NCBI GenBank assembly: GCA_002269645.1
Contig: NIVC01002090.1
Span: 10,781 to 74,780, forward strand
DNA: 64,000 bases
Reading direction: 5' to 3'
DNA from: Macrostomum lignano
Taxonomy: Eukaryota
Below are positions 11,499-23,000 of the stretch, in pieces. The notes below the pieces were generated by a model. The model was given only the letters and a program-made list of their open reading frames with translations, was not told the origin of the DNA and ran no database searches. The position numbers were made by a program, and so were the translations under genes. Each line of letters opens with the position of its first letter. Position 1 is the stretch's first letter.

Positions 11499-12170
11499 TT
11501 GTAGCTTGTCGTGCCTGTAGCTTGTCGTGCCTGTAGGTTGTCGTGCCTGTAGCTTGTCGTGCCTGTAGCTTGTCGTGCCTGTAGCTTGTCGTGCCTGTAG
11601 GTTGTCGTGCCTGTAGCTTGTCGTGCCTGTAGGTTGTCGTGCCTGTAGCTTGTCGTGCCTGTAGCTTGTCGTGCCTGTAGCTTGTCGTGCCTGTAGCTTG
11701 TCGTGCCTGTAGCTTGTCGTGCCTGTAGCTTGTCGTGCCTGTAGGTTGTCGTGCCTGTAGCTTGTCGTGCCTGTAGGTTGTCGTGCCTGTAGCTTGTCGT
11801 GCCTGTAGGTTGTCGTGCCTGTAGCTTGTCGTGCCTGTAGCTTGTCGTGCCTGTAGCTTGTCGTGCCTGTAGCTTGTCGTGCCTGTAGGTTGTCGTGCCT
11901 GTAGGTTGTCGTGCCTGTAGGTTGTCGTGCCTGTAGGTTGTCGTGCCTGTAGCTTGTCGTGCCTGTAGGTTGTCGTGCCTGTAGGTTGTCGTGCCTGTAG
12001 GTTGTCGTGCCTGTAGCTTGTCGTGCCTGTAGGTTGTCGTGCCTGTAGGTTGTCGTGCCTGTAGCTTGTCGTGCCTGTAGGTTGTCGTGCCTGTAGGTTG
12101 TCGTGCCTGTAGGTTGTCGTGCCTGTAGGTTGTCGTGCCTGTAGGTTGTCGTGCCTGTAGGTTGTCGTGC
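11499..12170 (+). repeat. 16-bp minisatellite ((C/G)TTGTCGTGCCTGTAG)n
   Basis: Direct periodicity; essentially two variants differing at one base. Confidence 0.95.
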
Positions 12171-12389
12171 CAACCCCCAAGGCACATGCCAGGTACATGT
12201 GTACATGCCAGGCGATTAGAAAGTCAGGGCCGCTGTACACCCTGTGTGAGCGTGTGTAAAAGTGCGTGCTTGCGTACAGCATTGGCGCGCTTGTATGTGC
12301 TCAGGAGTCAGCGTTGAAATCGTTGCACCATGGTGGCCGCTGGCCATACATTTCAAGATGACGACGAGGCATTTAGTACTAAATATCAC

Positions 12390-12720
12390 CTTAAAGAGTC
12401 ATAGTTACTCCAGCCAAGTACTAAAGATTTAGGGTATTTTGAATTCTAAAATCTCAAGTTTCCATCGGCCATCCATCCGACTATCGTAATCTTTAGTTTG
12501 CAGCTCGTGCCTGTCTGTGATCGATGCAACTGGAGACACCAGTCTCCGAGAAATGATGAAGACTATTTATTATAAGACACAGAAGATGCGCTAAATAAGA
12601 ATAAATAGGTGTTATGAGGCTACTCGGCTTAAAGATTTGGATCGGGGATGGATGGGGGACTGGGAGACTGCCGGATCGAGACGACTTGTCATCAACTGGA
12701 AGCCGGAGATGAGGAGAGAA
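12390..12720 (+). mobile_element. Degenerate CR1/L2-like LINE reverse-transcriptase C-terminal relic
   Basis: Manual translation gives TKDLG (compare EKDLGV), then CYEATRLKDLD (compare SYEERLKEL) and RDDL (compare RGDLI), in the expected order with stops and frameshifts. Confidence 0.3.
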
Positions 12721-13895
12721 AAGGAGGAAGCGAAAAAAATTGGGAAGCTGAGGCAGTAGCGATAAGCCTGGCACGCGAGATGCTGCTAAAGGCACACTAG
12801 TGAAAGACCCCGTTGGCCTATCCAGATTAACGCGAACAGTTTGAGCATGGATACGTGTGGCTGCTACAGCGGGGGGGGCTTCTCAAACTCCTGCCTGCCT
12901 TCTCTTGGCCAGACTCGCCAACAGTCTGGCTTACTGCTAGGGGGGAGGGCGATTCGCGGAAATTTCCGCCTGCTCTCCCACTCTCACTCTCACCCTCCCC
13001 CGTTTTGTCGTGACGCCTAATAAACGTTGAAATGAAGTGAGCTTCAGAGTAGCAAAGCGATGCTGAGAGGAAAATTAAACGAAACAGATAAGATATTCCA
13101 TCTGCTGCTCTGTTGTCTAACAACTGCGTAGACTCGGACTGTCTGTCGGGCTGTGCTCTACTCTAATCTGCATCTATTTTGCTTCATCTTCTGTCTGGCT
13201 CTCTGTCCGCTGGCGCTCTCTCTCTATCTTCCTCTATATGGTTGATTCTCTCGGCAACAACACCTCAGTGTCGTTCAGTATTTAATAACCGGCTCTATAT
13301 TGTATTATACTTGTACGCAATTAACTACGAACTACGGGAACACACGATGACGATTCTCTCGTAATCATAAGAAGTAAGATAATAAAAGATAATACATATA
13401 TAATATAATCGGCACTTTAGCCAGCAGAGTGAGCAGATATCGAATAGCCCCTGCCTGGACTCGACTCGAAAAGCTGTATAAGATGGTGAAGCTGGAACTG
13501 ACAGATTAAAGGCTCTCTCTCTCGCTCTTAACTCTGGTCTGCTGCTTTCATATCCGCCTCTGCCGTCCTCCAGCAGGAGAATAATCTAATTACCAACTCA
13601 ATTGGCAATTTTCGCGCCTTGACCAGCTCTCCCCCCTCCTCAGTTCCCTACCGGAGCAATTTTGGTCATCTTATTCTTTCTCTTTCCCCTCTCTCCCTCT
13701 CTCTGGTTTCTTAGTTCGTTCTATTTCATTCTAGCTACCAAAGAGGATTATTCGAACATCAGATAATCTGTTGCTAAGATCAATTGCTGAGTCACTGCAG
13801 TTTTCTATCCTTATAACGTGCTCGAGGTCGAGGCACTCGAGGTCATTTGTTGAGGCAATTCCATGGCAATCGACGCATAGTATTAACTACGAGAG

Positions 13896-13967
13896 GTTGT
13901 CACTGCAGGCAGTTGTCACTGCAGGCAGTTGTCACTGCAGGCAGTTGTCACTGCAGGCAGCTGTCAG
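13896..13967 (+). repeat. 16-bp tandem repeat (GTTGTCACTGCAGGCA) x about 4.5
   Basis: Visible directly. Confidence 0.9.
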
Positions 13968-15299
13968 TGGCGTGAGACTTATCCAATCCATATAGTTAGG
14001 CCTTACATGTAGGTGCTTTGTAAATTTCAGTCTATGTTGTTAATACTGTAGTACTCGTAAAATGTCAAAATCACGGCGTTCATTAATTTACTCGATCCTA
14101 TCTAAACAGTAATAGCGAGTTCGGCTTTTCTCTTCTAGTACTCTACTTTCGTACAGCAATATTTTGCACCGTGTAAGCCAGTCTATAGCGAGTTTAGCTG
14201 TCCCCAGCGAGTATAGGGGGTATGGGGTTAGGATATTTTATGAGCCGTTGCGTGCTTCATCACAGATTGACTCGCGTGTCTTGTTGAACGTCTCTCCCAC
14301 TAGGATTTCTCCCTTACGGCTCTCCTCTCCCCTCTCTGTAGCAACAGTCTACAGTCCATCGGGACTCGCTTAGTTACTAAATGCACATAAAAAATATTCG
14401 CATTCCAGCGCCAGAATTCGGGGAAGACTGGACTTGTTGCTGTGTCCTCGTCCCCGGGACTCCCCGCCCTCTGCCTTGCGTGCTAGGACGTAGTTATAAG
14501 CTAATCTTCCTCCTGCGACTGGCGTAATCGGCAAATCACTCACCCCACTCCCTACTCCTCCTCATCGTAGGCTCCCCCCTCCCCCAAAGACTGGGCACAA
14601 ATTCCACGCAACCCGTATTTCCTCTAGCTGCCTCTGCTGCTCACGTATCCCAATCTATTCCCTTCCATCTCTTTCCCCATCCAAGCTCTTCCATTCATGC
14701 TTGAATAGACTTGCTCCACCGTTGGATTGGCTTGCAGTTAAACTTGATTTTTTTACTTTAACAAATATCTTTGTAGACCAGTATATTTTTAATCTGTTAG
14801 GTTATATGAAGTTCGAATTTAGTTTAGTTTGTAATTGCGCACTCGTCGTCAACAACGGAAAACTTTTCTAGCAGTTATAACTGTCTTATCATAATATTTT
14901 TTTGTTTATTCCTACTAAACATACAGTCAGTGTATCTTAGTGCATTCCAGATGCATTAAATCCCATTGCAGTGACCGATCATTTAGGATGATATGATGAT
15001 GATTATATTTTTTCTCCAGCTAAAAACCGTTCCTGTCTGACTGCCTGTCCATCTATGCAGATTCATTAATTCCTTTAAATCTGGGTGGTTGGCTCCAAGT
15101 CACTCTTGGACTCGACTGTCTGTCGTTTTTCTCTTCCGACAGCGCATCTCCTTCAGTTATTCCGTGCACACTTAACCCCAAACCAAATTAAAACTATTAG
15201 CAGACTTTTGCCACTGCGGTGGATTTCGTAATTTAGATTTACTATTTATTATATTCAATTGATTGAATGATTAATCACTGCATCGAGCTACTATTTAAA

Positions 15300-15550
15300 G
15301 ACTTCACTGCATCAAAAGCCAGCAAAAATGGGGCTCACTTGCACCAGCTCGGAACTCCACAAGCTGGAGACTTCAGTGCATCATAAAATAAAGAATTTGG
15401 CTCACTTGCACCAGCTCGGAACTCCACAAGCTGGAGACTTCAGTGCATCATAAAATAAAGAATGTGGCTCACTTGCACCACAAGCTGGAGACTTCAGTGC
15501 ATCATAAAATAAAGAATGTGGCTCACTTGCACCAGTTCGGAGCTCCACAC
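15300..15550 (+). repeat. 67-bp tandem repeat, about 3.5 copies
   Basis: cttcagtgcatcataaaataaagaat...ggctcacttgcaccagctcggaactccacaagctggaga recurs at 15371 and 15438, with partial copies on either side. Confidence 0.85.
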
Positions 15551-17364
15551 TTTTAAAACTAAAAGCGAAATAACATGGCAACTTTTACTTGATGATACTT
15601 AAAGATAGAGCTTAAAAAACGGCCCATCTTGACCCCTTGTCCCCCGGGTCTATGACGTTACTGTCCTTAACTATTAAGCTGCAGTCCTATGGCCTTAGGT
15701 TAGATCATTAGTAGCAGATTATATTAGTTAAACTAAATGATAGAATTTACTGTAGATACAGATTGATCGAGCGAACTCCTGGCAGTTGATTGGTAACGGC
15801 TATCTCTCCTTCTTTCCATCCCTGACTTCATTAGCCCTAGTCCCGCTGGGTCACGTCCGCCTTCCTAAATTGAAGCCGTTTAGAAAGCTTCATAAGAAGA
15901 GAAAAAGGAGAGAGAGAGAGAGAGAGAGAGAGAGAAGCAGAGTAGAGTAAGGAGATGAAGCTGGCAGTTTTTCTTCAATCTTTCCTGCTATATATCGGTG
16001 CCTCTCTGCACAACACATAGTCTAGTCGGTAGGTAGGTAGGTAGCTCTCGTGCACGATTCCCCAAACAACTATGGAGTGGGTGGAGCAGTATACAATTAG
16101 GGCGGAAAGGCTTTTTCCTAGAAAAAACCTCCCCGCGATCTGAAGAGAGAAGAAGGTCGTGGAAGACTGGAGAGAGGAAGTGAGGAGATGAGTAGCGGGG
16201 CGAAGGTTAGTCTTGGCGATGCGGCTTGGTTTAAGGCGAAGGGCTAATATAATAAAAGTAATGGTCATGATGAGATGACAGAAAACTTCCTTAGATAAGT
16301 GAGTACCCCCACAGTTAGAGGCAGACTGTATCCGGGATCGCTGATGAAGCTTATGGGGAGCTTTCAACATTGAAACATATAAAGTTTCCATTCTGTAGTT
16401 TTATGATTGTGATATCTGTATATCCCAGCTCGCTACTTTTCAATGCCTTTCACTTTTCTGCGTCGGTATCTACTGCTTAATACTGAAACTACTGCATTGT
16501 GTTTCTCAGCACGCGCAGATTATTTATTCGCAGGGTGTGGCTAATGGCTAAGATAATCCTTAGGATACATTTTCCCTCTAGTGTTTTTTAATTTTAATGC
16601 CCGGGTGCACCAATGCACGCGGGAGTTTACTTTCTACTAGGATCGATATCATCTCTGTCCTCGCATTCGCATGGGATCGCAATGCAATCATATTCAGTTC
16701 TCAGCGCAATAATAATATTGACCCGACATTGTCCCCAATAATGCCTCTAGCGAAAAATCTTTCTTGTCAAATTCTCATGCATACTACTTATCGTATTTAA
16801 CAGTAGTCTAACTCTATGTGTATTGTGTTATTATTTTGTGCGAAGAAACATTCTAAAGTAATTTAGATTCAGTTTAACCATTGCTCTAATACAAAGGTGG
16901 AAAACTGAACGTAGCTTTTATGATTTCTTTTAGTTTATAGTCAGTTTATAGTGTTAATAGCCAGTTTATAGTTAGTTTATAGTCGATTTATAGTCACGAT
17001 CTATATAGCCATCAATGGTGAGTAGGTAAGCTACAGACCCGAATATTATAACAAAGTTATCCAAGCTTGAAATAAAATAAGCCAAGGTTAAAAACAGTTA
17101 ATTCATCTGCATATAGTGTCGCATCTAGTTATAGTTTATTACTAGCAATCTACGCCCCCCGTTGGGGAGCCAAAGAAATGCTATACACGTTTTTTTAATA
17201 AGCTACATGTATCCTTGAAATCTTAAAAAATCTCCTGTCAAACCTTGTAAGCCTTGACATGTCAGTAATTCCCCCCCCCCCAGCTTTAACATATCAACTT
17301 CCCCCTTGACATCTCAGCAATGCCCCCAATAAGCCTTGGAAATCTAAAAATATCTGTCAACCTT

Positions 17365-17408
17365 CTAACCCTAACCCTAACCCTAACCCTAACCCTAACC
17401 TAACCCTA
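17365..17408 (+). repeat. Interstitial telomeric tract (CCCTAA)n in Helitron A; also at 20863-20906 and 32745-32788
   Basis: About 7 hexamers each, visible directly. Confidence 0.9.
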
Positions 17409-18189
17409 AAGCATTGAAATTTCAGTAATTCTCTCTAAGAGTCATTATAGCACTACTACAGCATTATAGCGATAAGCTTCTTTCATTTTTTACATAACGC
17501 TTTTTTTATCAGCGATCCCTCGCCTGAGGAGGCATCAAATAATGTAATAAAAAGTTTTCAATAAACTACATGTAGCTTCTGACTTTAGCCTTGAAATCTC
17601 ATTTATACCCCCGTGAGCCTTGACATCTCAGCTATTCCCCCCCCGTCCGTAAGCTTTGACATGTCAGCGATGGCCCCCATAAACCTTGAAATCTAAAAAA
17701 TCCACTGTTAACCTTGAAACCCGATAAAATATAACCCTCAACCCACACCTGACCTAAACCTAACTTTAACCCAACCTAAAGCCTTGAAATCTCAGCAATT
17801 CTTCTCCCCTAAGCCTTGACATTTTAGTGATTCCTTCTTTAAGAATCACAGCACTATAACGATTTCCACCAAGCTTTGACATCGTAGCAATTCCCAAATG
17901 AATCTTTTAACTTCGACATGACTTGTCTTTTATGTATACATAGTGCTACTTTTATTTTTTACATGACTCTTCTTCTATCAGCACCCCCCCCATGGCGAGC
18001 CAACAAAGAATGCAATAAAAAATTGAGTAAAGTACATGAACTTTGAAGTAGCTTCTGACTTTTGCTTTGAGATCCCAGAAACAACCCCCCCCCCTCGTAA
18101 TCTCAGTTATTCTCTGAGAGCCTTTACGTCTCAGTTTTTCTTCCCAGCACAGCATTATAGCTGCATTTCATTTTTACATGACATCCTTC

Positions 18190-20010
18190 ATGTCTGACAT
18201 GACGCTTCTTTTGATTTTTACATTACACTTCTTTTATTCTTCCATGATGCTTCTTAATTTTTTAAATGATGCTTTCATTAGTTTTTAAATGAGGCTTCTA
18301 TGATTTTTTCATGACGCTTCTATGATTGTTTACATGACGCTTCTATGCTTTTTACATGACGCTTCTATGCTTTTTACATGACGCTTCTATGATTATTTCA
18401 TGACGCTTCGATGATTGTTTACATGACGCTTCTATGATTGTTTACATGATGCTTCTACGAATTCTGCAGGATGCTTCTATGATTTTTACATGATGCTTCT
18501 ATGATTTTTTCATGACGCTCCTATGATTTTTTCATGACGCTTCTATGATTTTTTCATGACGCTTCCATGATTTTTTACATGAAGCTACTATGATTTTTAC
18601 ATGACGCTTCCATGATTTTTTACATGACGCTTCTATGATTTTTTACATGACGCTTCCATGATTTTTTACATGACACTTCTATGATTTTTACATGACGCTT
18701 CTATGCTTTTTACATGACGCTTCCATGATTTTTTACATGACACTTCTATGATTTTTACATGATGCTTCCATGATTTTTTCATGACGCTTCTGTGATTGTT
18801 TATATGACGCTTCTATGCTTTTTGTATGACGCTTCCATGATTTTTTACATGACACTTCTATGATTTATACATGACGCTTCTATGATTTTTTCATGACGCT
18901 TCTGTGATTGTTTATATGATGCTTCTATGCTTTTTATATGACGCTTCTATGATTGTTTACATGACGCTTCTATGCTTTTTATATGACGATTCTATGATTT
19001 TTACATGACGCTTCTATGATTTTTACATGACGTTTCTATGATTTTTTCATGACGCTCCTATGTTTTTTTCATGACGCTTCTATGATTTTTTCATGATGCT
19101 TCTATGATTTTTACATGACGCTACTATAATTTTTACATGACGCTTCCATGATTTTTTACATGACGCTTCTATGCTTTTTACATGACGCTTCAATGATTAT
19201 TTCATGACGCTTCTACGATATCTGCAGGACGCTTCTATGATTGTTTACATGACGCTTCTATGATTTTTACATGACGCTTCTATGATTTTTTCAGGACGCT
19301 CCTATGTTTTTTTCATGACGCTTCTATGATTTTTTCATGACGCTTCCATGATTTTTTACATGACGCTTCTATGATTTTTTACATGACGCTTCCATGATTT
19401 TTTACATGACACTTCTATGATTTTTACATGACGCTTCCATGATTTTTTTTCATGACGCTTCCATGATTTTTTACATGACGCTTCCATGATTTTTTTCATG
19501 ACGCTTCTATGATTTTTACATGACGCTTCCATGATTTTTTACATGGCACTTCTATGATTTTTTGCATGACGCTTCTATGATTGTTTACATGACGCTTCTA
19601 TGATTTTTTACATGACGCTTCTATGATTGTTTACATGACACTTCTATGATTTTTTACATGACGCTTCTATGATTGTTTACATGACGCTTCTATGATTGTT
19701 TACATGACGCTTCTATGATTGTTTACATGACGCTTCTATGATTTTTTACATGACGCTTCTATGATATTTTCATGACGCTTCCACAATTTTTTACATGACG
19801 CTTCTATGAATTTACATGATGCTTCTACGATTTCTGCAGGACGCTTCTATGATTTTTACATGATGCTTCTATGATTTTTTCATGACGCTCCTATGATTTT
19901 TTCATGACGCTTCCATGATTTTTTACATGACGCTTCTATGATTTTTTACATAACGCTTCTATGATTTTTACATGACGCTTCTATGATTTTTTACATGACG
20001 CTTCTATGAT
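18190..20010 (+). repeat. About 21-bp minisatellite (CATGACGCTTCTATGATTTTTTA)n inside Helitron A; also at 21750-23390, 23894-24370, 33630-35275 and 35775-36250
   Basis: Direct periodicity; variants ATTGTTTA, ATTTTTTA and ATTTTTA. Confidence 0.95.
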
Positions 20011-23000
20011 TTTTTAGTTTTCTTTTTGGTGTTAAAAAGCTTTAATTAAAAAAATTCCACTCTCTAAAAATTCGAACCATCGTCCCTGCATTTAGCAGTC
20101 AGTCTGTTTACCTCTAGGCTAGCTCTCATCGTTTTGATAATATGAATTTTAGCACTTATAATTATAAGTTTCAAAACTCCAAGCATGGAGTAAATCACAC
20201 GAGGCAGTTATGACATAATCAATTTCTCAGTCAGTCAGTATCAGTTAACAATATGGTTACGCAATCTAAATCACGTCTGGTGTTTCGCTTCCACACTGCA
20301 TTTTCAATACTGTGACGCAATTCAAGTCGGAGTTACAATTCAGTTATGATGCAATCTATTTTAGAATCAGAATTCAACCAGTCAATTTTTTTCTAGCATT
20401 CTTACAATGCATTTCAAGTCGAAAAGTTTGCTTGACCTTTGCAAAAAAGCATGTTTTTCGAGTATTTAATGCCTTTAGCATCGAGCAATTTCTTAGCCAA
20501 GACACATGTACCGTCACGGGAAAATTTCTGATCGAACAGTGCAAGTCTCATGAAAATCGGTTAAGCCATTTTTTCTCTAATCGATTACAAGCAAGCAAGC
20601 AAGCAAGCAAGCAAGATTTTCATTTTTAGTATATAGGACTAGCAATCTACGCCCCCCGTTGGGGAGCCAAAGAAATGCAATACACGTTTTTTTAATAAGC
20701 TACATGTATCCTTGAAATCTTAAAAAATCTCCTGTCAAACCTTGTAAGCCTTGACATGTCAGTAATTCCCCCCCCACAAGCTTTAACATATCAACTTCCC
20801 CCCTTGACATCTCAGCAATGCCCCCAATAAGCCTTGGAAATCTAAAAATATCTGTCAACCTTCTAACCCTAACCCTAGCCTAACCCTAACCCTAACCCTA
20901 ACCCTAAAGCATTGAAATTTCAGTAATTCTCTCTAAGAGTCATTATAGCACTACTACAGCATTATAGCGATTCCTTGCAAGCCTCAACATCGTAGGGATT
21001 CCCAAATGAATCTCTTAACTTTGACATGAAGCTTCTTTTATTTTTTACATTACGCTTTTTTATCAGCGATCCCTCCCCTGAGGAGGCATCAAATAATGTA
21101 ATAAAAAGTTTTCAATAAACTACATGTAGCTTCTGACTTTAGCCTTGAAATCTCATTTATACCCCCGTGAGCCTTGACATCTCAGCTATTCCCCCCGTAA
21201 GCCTTAACATGTCAGCGATGGCCCCCATAAACCTTGAAATCTGAAAAATCCCCTGCTAACCTTGAAACCCGATAAAATATAACCCTCAACCCACACCTGA
21301 CCTAAACCTAACTTTAACCCAACCTAAAGCCTTGAAATCTCAGCAATTCTTCTCCCCTAAGCCTTGACATTTTAGTGATTCCTTCTTTAAGAATCACAGC
21401 ACTATAACGATTTCCACCTAGCTTTGACATCGTAGCAATTCCCAAATGAATCTTTTAACTTCGACATGACTTTTCTTTTATGTATACATAGTGCTACTTT
21501 TATTTTTTACATGACTCTTCTTCTATCAGCGCCCCCCCCCGTGACGAGCCAACAAAGAATGCAATAAAAAATGGAGTAAAGTACATGAACTTTGAAGTAG
21601 CTTCTGACTTTTGCTTTGACATCTCAGAAACCCCCCCCCCGTAATCTCAGTTATTCTCTGAGAGCCTTTACGTCTCAGTTTTTCTCCCCAGCACAGCATT
21701 ATAGTTGCATTTAATTTTTACATGAACCCTTCATGTCTGACATGACGTTTCTTTTATTCTACCATGACGCTTCTAATTTTTTAAATGACACTTTCATTAG
21801 TTTTAAATGAGGCTTCTATGATTTTTTCTTGACGCTTCTATGATTTTTACATGATGCTTCTATGATTTTTATATGACGTTTCTATATTGTTTACATGACG
21901 CTTCTATGATTGTTTACATGACGCTTCTATGATTGCTTACATGACGCTTCTATGATTTTTTACATGACGCTTCTATGATTGTTTACATGACGCTTCTACG
22001 ATTTTTTACATGACGCTTCTATGATTGTTTACATGACGCTTCTACGATTTTTACATGACGCTTCTATGATTGTTTACATGACGCTTCTATGATTTTTAAA
22101 TGACGCTTCTATGATTTTTACATGACGCTTCTATGATTTTTATATGACGTTTCTATGATTGTTTACATGACGCTTCTATGATTGTTTACATGACGCTTCT
22201 ATGATTGCTTACATGACGCTTCTATGATTTTTTACATAACGCTTCTATGATTGTTTACATGACGCTTCTACGATTTTTTACATGACGCTTCTATGATTTT
22301 TACATGACGCTTCTACGATTTTTTACATGACGCTTCTATGATTGTTTACATGACGCTTCTATGATTGTTTACATGACGCTTCTATGATTGTTTACATGAC
22401 GCTTCTACGATTTTTTACATGACGCTTCTATGATTGTTTACATGACGCTTCTATGTTTGTTTACATGACGCTTCTATGATTGTTTACATGACGCTTCTAT
22501 GATTTTTTACATGACGCTTCTATGATTGTTTACATGACGCTTCTATGATTGTTTACATGACGCTTCTATGATTGTTTACATGACGCTTCTACGATTTTTT
22601 ACATGACGCTTCTATGATTGTTTACATGACGCTTCTATGATTTTTACATGACGCTTCTATGATTGTTTACATGACGCTTCTATGATTTATATGACGTTTC
22701 TATGATTGTTTACATGACGCTTCTATGATTGTTTACTTGACGCTTCTATGATTGCTTACATGACGCTTCTATGATTTTTTACATAACGCTTCTATGATTG
22801 TTTACATGACGCTTCTACGATTTTTTACATGACGCTTCTATGATTGTTTACATGACGCTTCTACGATTTTTTACATGACGCTTCTATGATTGTTTACATG
22901 ACGCTTCTATGATTGTTTACATGACGCTTCTATGATTGTTTACATGACGCTTCTATGATTTTTACATGACGCTTGAATGATTGTTTACATGACGCTTCTA

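Larger units (their letters stand above)
17142..20638 (-). mobile_element. Helitron-like family A, simple 3.5-kb copy (unit 1, A1)
   Basis: 5' TC at 20638, (GCAA)n near the 5' end, 21-bp minisatellite core, (CCCTAA)n tract, hairpin at 17154-17170 and CTAG 3' end; no RepHel ORF. Confidence 0.85.

Noticed and set aside
11250-12282. Three minus-strand ORFs of 257-318 aa (RHDNLQARQPTGTTTY repeats)
   Set aside because: All three frames give the same peptide because of the 16-bp repeat.
15975-16391. 138-aa minus-strand ORF ending near an (ACCT)n tract, possibly a LINE 3' end
   Set aside because: No recognisable RT, endonuclease or zinc-knuckle motif; the short tail alone is insufficient.
20069-20128. 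Functional tRNA genes here or at 7590, 11431 and 49649
   Set aside because: No complete acceptor stem or well-paired anticodon stem; treated as SINE-like or tRNA-derived fragments.
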